Source: Heptranchias perlo (Eukaryota). Taken from it: 64,000 nt of DNA. The position numbers and the translations under genes were made by a program. Position 1 is the first letter of the stretch. Every line of letters begins with the position of its first letter. The notes beneath the pieces were generated by a model. It did no database searches. It was not told the origin of the DNA and saw only the letters and a program-made list of their open reading frames with translations. This document shows, piece by piece, positions 1 through 11,810 of this stretch. The stretch is taken from NCBI RefSeq assembly GCF_035084215.1, contig NC_090365.1:4898001-4962000 (forward strand). Direction: 5' to 3'.

Positions 1-290
1 AAATATACATAAAGGGACCCCAAAAGTGTGACTCCCCCTAAATTTATTTCTTTTAAGTTAGAAACACGAGCCCTTGCATCGGGCTGGAGAAGAGCCGAGA
101 TCTTTCGGCTGGGATTTTCTGCTCCAGTATTTCGAGGCGGTAATTTCCCACCAGTAACAGTTGGTACGATGACAAGCACAGTTTGCAGGGTCCTGAAGCA
201 GGGGGAGGGGGGGGAACTGCCCAGGCTATCATCTTCCAACGTCTACAGTGATCGGAGAGTTGGCGGTCCGCCTGCATTAGCCCAGCCTAC

Positions 291-452
291 CTTTTGGTTT
301 GTGAGCCTTCAGGAGAATCCGGATTAGTTCCGGGACGTCGAAATAGGCAGCGTAGTGAAGGGCGTTCATGTTGGTCCAGCGGCTGCGAAGTCCGACGTCA
401 GCCCCCAGAGAAATGAGCTGGTCGCACAGGCGCACAGCAGCTACAGGATCCC
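291..452 (-). CDS. CLIP3: CLIP3 coding exon 4 (ankyrin repeat)
   Basis: tttag|GG...AAAG|gtaggc; DPVAAVRL...TNMNALHYAAYFDVPELIRILLKAHKPK. Confidence 0.93.
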
Positions 453-3400
453 CTAAACCAGGCACAAAGACACGTCTCAACAACAACATCAACTTGGATC
501 GATACAGCGGCTTTAACATTGTAAAATGGCCCAAGGCGCTTCACAGGAGCGTAAATCAGACAAGATCTGACACCGAGCCACATAAGGAGATATTAGGACA
601 GCTGACCAAAAGCTTGGCCCAAAGAGGAGCCTCTTAAAAGGAGGAGAGGGAGCGAGGCGGAGGGGTTTTTTAGGGAGGGAATTTAAGAGCAGCTGAAGGC
701 ACGGCCACTAATGGTGGAGCGATGAAAATCGGGGGATGCGCGAGAGGCCAGAATTGGAGGAGCGCAGAGATCTGGGAGGGTTGCAGGGCTGGAGGAGGTT
801 ACAGAGATAGGGAGGGGGCGAGGCCATGATTTGAAAACAAGGAAGGGGAATTTTTTTTTTAAATCGAGGTGTTGCCTGACTGGGATCCAATGGAGGTCAG
901 CGAGCACGGGGTGATGGTGAACGGGACTTGGTGTGAATTAGGTTACGGGCAGCAGAGTTTTGGATGAGCTCAAGTTTACGGAGCGATACAAACTGCAGCT
1001 GCTGCATCACTTAATTGATTTTGTGGGGGGGGACGTGGGGAATTAATCAATTGAAATGACACCCCTCAAAACAGTCGGGTTGCTCCTATAGGGGCGTCAC
1101 TGGAAACTCCCCCAGTGCAGCATCAAGCTCTCTTTTAAGTTGTGTTGTATCTATACCGAACTCTCCTCCATTAACATTCACACAAGGGGTAATTTCATTA
1201 AATCACATTCAGGAAGCAGAGTCGTGCCTCCGAGGAGCACATTCAGTCACTAGGGCCGGGTCCTGCCAGAGAAAATCACCAGGGTACGCGTTAAAAATTC
1301 CTAATGTGCAGTCAGGGAGGGGAGCGGAGGGGTGATCCACCCTCACTTATTTTGGGAGTGAGTTTTGTTCTCATCCAGGTAGGAGATGTCAGAGTTAGGA
1401 GCTGGAACACTCGCCCATTTCCCTTGGCGTCCGTTCACAGACCTGTGAATCTAACCCGCTCTGCCTCGCTCTTTAATCTGAACACTGTTTCACCACCTAC
1501 CGACCCCGTGTGCTCCTGCCTTGCACGCGTAGTGCAATAAGGTCATGTCCGTCAGACCATCTCGGTCGTTCACGTGGCAACCTCGCTTGAGGATCTGAAT
1601 CAACGAAAACAGCAAGAGAAGACGTCAAAATCGCAATCTAACCAAGTTAAGCACCCGATATGTTTTGCACCAACAGGTGCCTGGCACGGATGAGTGAGCA
1701 GATCGGTAAAAGAAAAAAAAACAAAGGTTAGCATGATGGTAAATGTACTCTAAGTGCCTGGATCTCCCAATAGTTCACCGCCCTCTGAGCAACACCAGCC
1801 AGGCAGACCTCCAACTCCAGCGTCAGTCCGTGCCGGGTTACTAGATCTCTGACGGAGCAATCATTGGCTTGAGCTTGGGAGGGGGAGGGGGGTAATCAGC
1901 GAGAATTTCCAATCCTGTTCGCTATCCAACAACTCCGGCTGGAAAGTGTGTGTGTCTGGAGGCTGCGCACGCCTAGGATCAGGCTCAGCTACCCCTGGTT
2001 CTACCAGGTGGCAACACTTGCTGAATCTGATGTCGCATCTTTCACGACCTCAGGACGTCCCAAAGTGCTTTTGAGTCACTGTTGTAATGCAGGAAACACA
2101 ATTTGTGCACAGCGAGGTCCCACAAACAGCAATGAGGTAATGACCAGATAATCTGTTTTAGTGATGTTGTTCGAGGGATAAATATTGGTCACGACACCGG
2201 GGAGAACTCCCCTGCTTTTCTTCAAAATAGTGCCATGGGATATTTTACGTCCACCTGAGAGGGCAGATGGGGCCTCAGTTTAATGTCTCATCCAAAAGAC
2301 GGCACCTCCAACAGCGCAGCACTCCCTCAGTACTGGGAGTGTCAGCCTGGATTATAGTTCTTCCAGAGACCACAATGGGGCAAATGACCTCCCGTGTTGT
2401 AAAAACCTCCCCCCCCACCATCACCAAGACCACAGACCACTATTGCTGCCCCGACTGAGCTCAGCACAGACCAAGGATTGGACCTGTCCTTGGTCTAAGA
2501 TACAGATCAGCCGTGATCTAATTGAATGGTGGCTCGAGGGGCTGAATGGCCTCCTCCTGTTCCTCTGTTCCTAGACTGCTCTGTGAAATTAGTCTGGTTG
2601 GGAAAAAAAACCGTGAGGAATAAATCTTTGGAAAAAAACGATTGTTAAATTATTCTCGTTCTCCCCCCCGCCAATCCCCACCACTCTCACTCCAATTTTA
2701 AAGGCCAGCATATTCAAATAGGAAAAATAATGATCTTGGCTTATATCTAATGGAACCAGAGCATTCGGTGTAAAATCAATCATTAATACACTGTTGCAGT
2801 CAGGTCGGGGAAGTAATATTGCTCTGAAGAATCAATGTTCCCCTGAGCTTTCATCCAACAATGGTCGTTGTTTTACAGCATCCCTTGACCCCAGTAATGC
2901 TTCATAAATAGGCTCTTATTTTTTTTCTCATATAGTAGGGCGGTTTTATTTATAGGTTCCTTTATTTTAGAGACAAAAATGTCAGTAGCGGACAGGCCAG
3001 TGATCTACTTGCACTGTGGAAATTCAATATCTTTGATGAAACTGGAGAGGGAAGAAAGGTACATTTATATAACACCTCATCACATCTCTCAAAACGTCTC
3101 AAAGCATTTCACATGCAATCAATTGCTTTGAAAGTACAATGGCTGTTCTTTAGACAAGCAAGACAGCCATTTTACACACAGCAAGATCTCACAAACAGCA
3201 CTGATACGAATGGGCTGTTAACTGTTTTTTTTTTCCTTTTGGTCGTGTTGGTTGAGGGAAGATTAGATATTAGAATGGTATCAGGGATGAGGGATTTCAG
3301 TTATGCGGAGAGACCGGAGAAGCTGCGGTTGTTTTCCTTGGAACTGAGAAGGTTGAGGGGAGATTTAGCAGAGGTGTTCAAAATCATGAAGGGTTTTGAA

Positions 3401-6400
3401 ATAGAGCAGATAGGGAGAAACCATTTCCACTAATGGGGGTCGGTAATCAGAGGACACAGATTTAAGATAACTGGCAAAAGAGCCGGGGTCGGTGGGGGGG
3501 GGGGGGGGGGGGGGAGATGAGAATTTCTTTTACGCAGCGAGTTGTTACGATCTGGAATGCGCTGCCTGAAAGGACGGTGGAAGCAGATTCAATAGTAACT
3601 TTCAAAAGGGAATTGGATATTTACTTGAAAAAGAAAAATATGCAGGTCAATGGGGAAAGAGCGGGGGAGTGGGACTAATTGGACAGCTCTTTCAAAGAGC
3701 CAGCACAGGCACGATGGGCCGAATGGCCTCCTCCTGTGCTGTGTGATTCTACGATTTCCAAGCCTTAACATTTGAAGAAGAGGAAGATACAGGACTCCAG
3801 GGAGAGAGCGGGGGCAGTTTTTAGATTGTTCGAGCAGAGAGCTAGTACAGGCACGATGGGGTGAAGAGCCTCCCTGCGTGCTGTGGAATCTACAGTTCTT
3901 AGGAGGAACGAGAGAGAAAAGGTCAGAGGAACGATGACCATCCTGGTCGACAGCCCAGTTCTCCCAACATCAATTGCATTTTCTGAACTGATTTATTTTT
4001 CAAACTAATGCTTTTAGTGTTACTGAAGCAGAACGGGAAACCCAAGTCCTGATTGAACTGATTGGAAATCCTAAAAAAAGGCTGCCAGACAGTAAATCCC
4101 AATCAAGCGTCTGACAATTAAATTATGAGGAAGATTGTTTTGTGGGATTTATGTCTGGTGCACGGCAAAGTGCAACTGGGTCTATAATAAATCGGTCACT
4201 GGGACATAAGATTCTCAGTAATTTTAACCCAGGCAATTTAGCAGTGACAGCTACAGTAAGCAAAGGCCTAAATCAAATCAAAATATTCGGCTTTGTGTTC
4301 CACATGAGGAGCAAACCCTTCAGTTTATTTATTTAATTTAGTTCCACTTCAAATGTTTGTGCTTTTCAATGTGAGGGGGCTCACTGATGGGAGAATTGAA
4401 ACTTATTTTTAATTATTTCTTCTTGGGACAGAGCCAAACTTTTCACCCCATTCCTAGTTGCCCTGAGAAAATGCTACTGGGCTACGTTCACTGCAATTAT
4501 TAACAAGTGAACGGCATTAGGAATCAACCACCATGTTGTAACTGAAGTTAAATGTAGGCCAGACTGGGCAGGTTCTCTTCCCTGAAGGATATTAGTGAAC
4601 CAGCTGGGGATTTAACGATAATCCACCAACTTTCATGGTCATTTTTTTCTGGCGCCAGCCCATGAATCACCAGATTTTATTGAATTCAATTTCACAACTT
4701 GCCACGGTGGGATTTGAACTCACGACCTCCACCTCGTCCTGAACCAGGACCTCCGCACTATACTCAGTACCAGCACTACATCGGGGTTAAACCTGAAACT
4801 AAACTCTTCCAACTTTGCCTCTCCAAAGGGGAAGGTTCCCCGCTCCTTATCTGTAGCGAGGCTGGAGGCACAAAGATAAAGAACTCATTTGCAATTCTTC
4901 TCCAAATAACAGAGGGAATCTTTGTCCAACGTGTCCTAATCCCGTCCTCAGACGGCAGCACATTATTGCACCATTCAAATTTCCATTTCCCACATCAGCC
5001 ACCTTTGTAACTTCAATGAGGCAGATTATGAATTTAGTGCAAATTAACAGTCAATTGCAATGACTTCATCTTCAGTTTTTCCCCTCTCTCTTTTTAGGAA
5101 CGTAGGAACAGGATGAGGCCTTTCAGCCTCTCGAGCCTGTTCTGCCATTCAATTAGATCATGGCTGATCTGTATCTTAACTCAATCTACCCGCCATGGTT
5201 CCATAAACCTTAATACCCTTGACTAACAAAAGGCTGCTCTTTTCTTTTTACACAGAAATTAATTACAGCACAGAAACAGGCCATTCGGCCCAACTAGTCT
5301 GTGTTGGTGTTTATCCTCCACACAAGCAGTAGTCCTATTCCGTTGCCTATCTGACCTATTTTTAAATGTTGACACGATCTCTGCTTCACTCACTAACTCT
5401 GGGAGTGCTCGCCTCCACTTTGGGATCAAACACTTCTAGGTCAGATGCAGTACAAGTCAGATGGAGTAAAGCTCCCATGTCCACTCCCCCGCTCCTAGGT
5501 CAGATGCAGAATAAAGCTCCCTCAATGCATCTGCATCTAGCATTCATGGGCCTGGTGAGCCACCACGTGAATGTTTTGTCACATTTGGGCGATTGAGTGT
5601 TGACTATCATCTGTAGGGTTGCTCATTTACACGTGGTGAATCTCCGAGGAGGACGATTCACTCAATCACCAGAGCTGCAGTACTCTGCCGAGTCAGACCC
5701 ACAACTTGTACCAAAGTAGCAGTGTGGTGGATCAGGCAATGTTCAAGCATCAGACACACACTTGGACAACGACTAATTGCACCTTTAACATAGAAAAACG
5801 TCCCAAGGCAATTCACAGAAGGGAGAGAACAAAATAAAGTAGATGAAGGAACAGATTCCAGGCCATAGTGGGAGGGTTAGGAATCGTGACTGAAAACTTG
5901 GTCAAAAGGGTGGGCTTTGAGAAGAGTTTTTGTTAATAGAGGTGGATGGATTTTAGACGGGTTAGGAACACACTCCCGCCCGTGTACCCTGTGTGTAACG
6001 CACTCCCGCCCGTGTACCCTGTGTGTAACGCACTCCCGCCCGTCTACCCTGTGTGTAACGCACTCCCGCCCGTCTACCCAGTGTGTAACGCACTCCCGCC
6101 CGTCTACCCAGTGTGTAACGCACTCCCGCCCGTCTACCCAGTGTGTAACGCACTCCCGCCCGTCTACCCAGTGTGTAACGCACTCCCGCCCGTCTACCCA
6201 GTGTGTAACGCACTCCCGCCCGTCTACCCAGTGTGTAACGCACTCCCGCCCGTCTACCCAGTGTGTAACGCACTCCCGCCCGTCTACCCAGTGTGTAACG
6301 CACTCCCGCCCGTCTACCCAGTGTGTAACGCACTCCCGCCCGTCTACCCAGTGTGTAACGCACTCCCGCCCGTCTACCCAGTGTGTAACGCACTCCCGCC

Positions 6401-9400
6401 CGTCTACCCTGTGTGTAACATGATCCAACCTTTATGATATCCTGTATTAGATAAAAAGCTTTTCTTGGGGCGTGGCTGTCTCAATGCCCTTGAATTATTG
6501 CTTCAGATTTGTCTCACTGGTCGGAGGCTTCACGTTGCAGCAGACAGCACCACTCTAACCAAGTGGTCATGAATCATCGGAGAGAGGAGTGTCTCATAAA
6601 TCTGGAGAGCGAGCTCCTTTGAGATCGATGGTCTGTGTACCACAAGGGGCCAGAATCATGATATTACCAAGGTTACTGAAATAACCATGTAGTATTCCAT
6701 TCTGCCAGTTCCTTTCTTCACATCTGTGAAAGGGGCGGTACCATCACAAGACAGATAAGACTGAGAAAGGCCATTCACCCCACTTCAGCTCAATCATCCC
6801 ATACAAACCTGCTGGATCCCCCAACACAGCATCCAGCAATTACTTATATCATTTTAGAGGCTCTTTCCCTCCAGTTCCCTGCCCTGAAGTCCATTTCACG
6901 GGTCAATCACTGTGCGAAAAAGAACTTCCTGACATGGAATCAGAGAATCTTACAGCACAGAAGGAGGCCATTCGGGCCATCACGCCTCTGTTAGCTCTTT
7001 GAAAGAGCTATCTAATCAGTCCCACCCCCCTGCTCCTTCCCCATAGCCCTGCAATTTTTTTTCTTTTCAAGTATATATCCAAGCTAAATTTACATCAAAC
7101 CTAAATTAGCCTCTTAGTTTGACCCAGTGCTCCCTTGTCCTAATGCCATCGTTTAACTTGACATGGTGTTCTAGATTTCCTATACCGTACACAATCTTGT
7201 ATATTTCCATGGGGCCCCTTCATTGTCTCATTTGAAGGGTGAAAGTCCAGGTTTCTCCAGTCCTCTGACCTCATGGATCGGCCCCTTGGCCCTTTCTGAG
7301 CAGAGGCTCCAGGTCTTGAATATCTCCTTCGTATCTCAGCGGCATTATCACCATGAAAATCTATTGTATCTCGCAAGACAAAGCTTCCGTTGGGCCTGAA
7401 TTGGGGCCCACATCCAGCACGGCCAGCGACCAATTTCGGGTGCAATCGCACTCCACAAGCTTAATGTCGGTGCAAAGTCAAAATCGCTTTCCGCCAACGA
7501 TAAACTTGTAAATAGGGGTGACGACCCAATTTGGCTCAGGAGCAAGACGGAGAGAGGTTACCTCCTGTAGGGAGTCTCGCATCACTTCCGATGCATCACT
7601 GACCCCAGTTCCATTTATACAACACCTGCAGCATCGGTGTGTAACAACTGTCCTCGCACCAGTTGCAGTGTCAGCACACACTTAAGTGTGAAAAGCAGAT
7701 CACCCAAAGACACGGCCTAGCGTTCACCTATTTCAACGGCAGCTGCTTCAACTACAGGATAATTACTGGGAGGTCTGAGCTTTGGCCTCATCGTCCCAAT
7801 CAGGTTATCCTTCGGGACAGGTATTGAGGCGTTAAGGAAGTACTAAAGACTGTCTGCCCTAATTTTAACAAGAAAGTAGACTTGAGGAATTTGACCCCAT
7901 GAGGTCGTTGACCCTAAACTAGACCTACTGACCAGTGATTCCTGGAGCGAATTATGGATTGAGTTACTTGAGATTATCATCAATTTTAAATCTGCTTTTT
8001 AATCAAAATTAAGGAAATTCAGGAATTTCAGCCCCCAGATTAGATGAAATCCCCCAGGAAGGCAACGTTGGCTTTTAAAAATCAGGATATTTCCATAGTT
8101 TCTCTCACCAAGTTTAAAGTCTTTTGTTTTTAAATCCTCCAAGGGTAAAATAAAACTTCCGTTGTTTTCAATCTTGAACTAATTGCACGATTCAAATAAA
8201 ACAAACCGCCCAGAATACCATTCACGTTGACTCACCTCATTTCCTATGATGTCAATTTTATGCTGCACCTGGGGCACCCACTGCCTGATGATAGCAAAGA
8301 GTTCTGGGATGGTCGTCTGGGGGTCGAACAGGATTTCCTGGCAGGCTGGGTCGTTTGGGTCGAAGAACGTGAAGGCTGCAGAGAACAGCAGAAAAAAAAT
8401 ATTTCAACCAACTCCTTAGTTGTAATAACCTGTGGTCACGCACGACCGAACACAGAGAGATTTATTTGGAACCTAGATGCCTATTGCAATGTCAGCTGAA
8501 GCTCCAGGAGGCAGATGGTAGCATTTCCATTAATGATTTACATTTCCACAGCATCTTTAACATGGAAAAAGCTGCAAGGAGATTTATAGTGCAGGGCGCT
8601 GAGCAACGGTGCAGTTAACAGAAATACCCCATGGATGAAAATATAGGCTTAGACAAGGCTTATCCTAGCAAGTTGGAAGGGGTTTCCAGAAAGTCGTACC
8701 GAGCAGGATTGCAGTGTGGGACAGACGTGGGCGGCAGAGTTCTGGATGAGTTGGGAGTTCACATGGGATGGAGATCAGGGAGTCAGCCAGGAAGCTGTTG
8801 TAGGAAACCTGTTCAGGAGGTAACAGATGCATGGATACAAGATTCACTGGCATCGAGAGTGAGCAAGGGCTTGGGCACACGGTGTTTTGTGGAGGTGCGA
8901 GTGAGCAGTAATGGGAATGGATAGGATAGGGGAGTTGGAAGCTCAGTTCAGGATCAGACAGGACACCGAGGCTGCTTCCCTGAACGAGCAGGAACATGCA
9001 GGAGTTTGGAGGAGTTGAGGTTCTTCCCAGGGTTTAACTGGAGGAGATTGTGGCTTATCCTTAACCTGATTTGTGCCAAACCAGAGACGTTTAGAACAGA
9101 GGGCCGGTAGCTCCTCACAGTGGGGGAGGAAAACCCACCTAACGTCTTTCTCATATCGCCCAGCTGGCAGGTCCATCCCGTCACTGGCAGACGCCTGGTC
9201 TAGCCTCTCACGTGTCCTGCGTCGATTGGGAGGACGGGTGGCCAGCAAGAGAAGTGACCAAGGCGTGTGTGTATAAGGGATTTCGGCGGGAGATCGGGCA
9301 AGTTGGGGACGGAGGTGGTCAATGTTGCAGAGGCGGAAGTCAGAGACCTCGGTGATGGGCGAGGATGTGGGGGTTAAAGCTCAGCTCAGGATCGAATTAC

Positions 9401-9582
9401 AACGTCAATTACAGTCCAGAACAATTACCATAATCCTTGGGCAGTGGGGCCGGGGCAGAGGGATGAACGATAGGCTTCTTGCGTCTCTCCAGCACCGGGC
9501 TCTGGTACTCTTCTGGCTGGTGGTCCTGAGGTTCTGGATGCTCCTCCTCTGAAGCAACATCTGTCACGTTTCCTTTTGTCAT
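291..9582 (-). CDS. CLIP3: CAP-Gly domain-containing linker protein 3 (CLIPR-59), 5' part; coding exons 9429-9582, 8236-8375, 1501-1594, 291-452; continues beyond left edge
   Basis: Spliced translation MTKGNV...RKKPIVHPSAPAPLPKDY/AFTFFDPNDPACQEILFDPQTTIPELFAIIRQWVPQVQHKIDIIGNE/ILKRGCHVNDRDGLTDMTLLHYACKAGAHGV/GDPVAAVRLCDQLISLGADVGLRSRWTNMNALHYAAYFDVPEL matches the recalled CLIP3 N-terminus and ankyrin repeats. All introns are GT-AG with consistent phases. The paralog CLIP4 fits less well. Confidence 0.92.
478..985 (-). mobile_element. L2-type LINE 3' fragment
   Basis: [28 protein letters not shown]; (GTT)n tail. Confidence 0.85.
1501..1594 (-). CDS. CLIP3: CLIP3 coding exon 3 (ankyrin repeat)
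   Basis: ttcag|ATC...GTCG|gtaggt; ILKRGCHVNDRDGLTDMTLLHYACKAGAHGV. Confidence 0.93.
3272..3757 (+). mobile_element. CR1 3' fragment
   Basis: [22 protein letters not shown]; FTQRVVTIWNALP; 3' UTR. Confidence 0.87.
5971..6420. repeat. 30-bp minisatellite, 15 copies (CACTCCCGCCCGTCTACCCAGTGTGTAACG)
   Basis: Direct tandem repeat visible in sequence; explains four overlapping repetitive ORFs. Confidence 0.98.
8236..8375 (-). CDS. CLIP3: CLIP3 coding exon 2
   Basis: ctgcag|...AATGAG|gtgagt; AFTFFDPNDPACQEIL...IGNE. Confidence 0.93.
9429..9582 (-). CDS. CLIP3: CLIP3 first coding exon (ATG at 9582; exon acceptor at 9595-9596)
   Basis: ttttcag|agaaaactgaaaATG ... GATTATG|gtaatt; encodes MTKGNV...PLPKDY. 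Confidence 0.9.
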
Positions 9583-10782
9583 TTTCAGTTTTCTCTGAAA
9601 AACACATTCAGAATGGCGCAGTATTAACATTTATTACCATTGGCCCAAACCCTTCCCCCCCCCACCCCCACACCCAAATCATTAAAGGGGCACTGCCTTT
9701 GTGAAAAAGTGTCTAACAAATTTTTCTTGGTTTAATTACAAATAGAAGATGCGATGAGATAAACTCACCATCAATGTCACCAGGGTGAGAACGACATGGC
9801 TCTCAGACTCCACAAACAAGAGCACACTGCCCCTTTAAAATCCCATAAAAACTGGTCAATAAGTCACATCAGTGTATAAGTAACTCCCTCATTTTGTTTT
9901 GATTGCTGCTTTGTTTGATTTTTTAAATGAAGCACGGTTTTCTTGGTGTGAGGGAAGTCCCAGTTTCGATTCCTCAGCCTGCCTGGAATTGCAGTGTGGC
10001 CTGTCGGCCTGGGAAAGAGCTGGTGACATAAAGGACGTAGAGAGTCTGGTGGTCATGGTAATGGACTCACAACCCAGACAGGAGTTCACCATACCGTGAA
10101 ATTTAATTCAATAAAATCTGGTAATCTGTGGGCTGCCAGTAGGAAAAAAGAAAATCACGAAAGCTTGTTGTAAAAAAACTCAAGTGGTTCACTAATATTC
10201 TTCTGTGAAGGGAACCTGCCGTCCTTACCCAGTCTGGCCTACTCGTGACTCCAGTCCCACACTGTTTGGTTGACTCAAAGTCTTCTGAAGTGGCCGAGCA
10301 AGCCACACAGTTCAAGGGCAACTAAATGCGGCCTTGCCAGCTTCATCCAAATCCCGAAAACAATTGGAAACACACACACCAACCACAATGTGAAGTCAGT
10401 ACCAAGTCAGAGGAGTTTTACATGATCAAATTGGTCAGTGAAGGGGTTAATTCACTGTATTTCAGTGGGATTCACTGTACTGGAGTGAGCCTTGACGAAG
10501 CAACATAAACCTTCTATATCAACCGGTCTTAATACAATCCAATAGTCTGGCAGATTACAGGCCCTAATCCAATTTGGTGGTTACCTCGACAAATTAATAT
10601 CTGTGTTGTTGGCTTAATGCAGGACAGCCCTGAATTTGAGAAAACCCATAAAGATAATTAAAAAGCCAGAAGCCCAGCACATTTCTCACCAATCGAGAGA
10701 TTGTCTGCTTCATAAATAGATTTTTAGAATTAAATTATCAGGTGGGAGGGGCGGCTGCGTGAATCAGTTATCTGTTACCTCA

Positions 10783-11104
10783 GAAAGAAAGACTTGCATT
10801 TCTATAGCGCCTTTCACGACCTCAGGATGTCCCAAAGCGCTTCACAGCCAATGAAGTACTTTTTGAAATGTAGTCACTGTTGTAATGTAGGATACGCAGC
10901 GGCCAATTTGCGCACAGCAAGATCCCACAAACAACAGTGAGATAAATGACCAAATAATCTGTTTTAGTGATATTGATTGAGGGATAAATATTGGCCAGGA
11001 CACCGGGGAGAACTCCCCTGCTCTTGTTCGAAATAGTGCCATGGGATCTTTTATGTCCACCTGAGAGGGCAGACGGGGCCTCGGTTTAACGTCTCATTCG
11101 AAAG
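10783..11104 (-). mobile_element. Deu-domain SINE copy
   Basis: Matches the 63433-63800 family. Confidence 0.8.
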
Positions 11105-11479
11105 ACTAAAGCTAGTTTTAACTCTGCATTGGCCCTCAAATAAATCTTGGGGGCTATGTCCGACTGTCGAGCATTCGGACTTCCAATCAGAAGGTCTTCA
11201 GTGCAGTCAAACTCAGCCCAGGGACAATCCTAAGGACACCCCTGCATTTTCGGACTGTCTGTGAGATGTAGCCGCTGTGTATCACTGGACAAATGTATCT
11301 TTTGGGCGGGGGGTGGGGGGGGGAAGGGGGGGGAGGAAATAGGAGAGAAAAATAGCCAGGACCAGCCACTGCAGCAGAGCAGTAAATGTCAAACAATAAG
11401 GATTGACGATGATTCCAACCGTAGAGAAATGCAGCCTGCAAACTGGCTTGAAGTCCAGTGATGAGAGGCTGGAGTCGCC

Positions 11480-11810
11480 CCTCCCTATCTCTGTAACCTC
11501 CTCCAGCCCTGCAACCCTCCGAGATCTCTCCGCTCCTCCAATTCTGGCCTCTTGCGCATCCCCGATTTTAATCGCCCACCATTGGCGGCCGTGCCTTCAG
11601 CTCTAAGTTCTGGAATTCCCTCCCTAAACCTCTCCGCCTCTCTCTCCTCCTTTATGACGCTCCTTAAAACCTACCTCTTTTGGTCACCTGTCCTAATATC
11701 TCCTTATGTGGCTCATCGTCAAATTTTGTTTGAAAATCGCACCCGTGAACCCCCTTGGGATGTTTTACTATGTTAAAAGGCGCTATATAAATGCGAGTTG
11801 TTGTTGTCGT
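11480..11810 (+). mobile_element. L2-type LINE 3' end
   Basis: Same 3' sequence ending AAAGGCGCTATATAAATGC.AGTTGTTG. Confidence 0.85.

Noticed and set aside
3494-3515. Long poly-G run as a functional G-quadruplex
   Set aside because: Homopolymer expansion inside a CR1 fragment; such runs are common in this window and their length is unreliable
5877-6437. Four long repetitive ORFs (143-183 aa)
   Set aside because: They arise from a stop-free 30-bp minisatellite inside a CLIP3 intron; no splice or homology support
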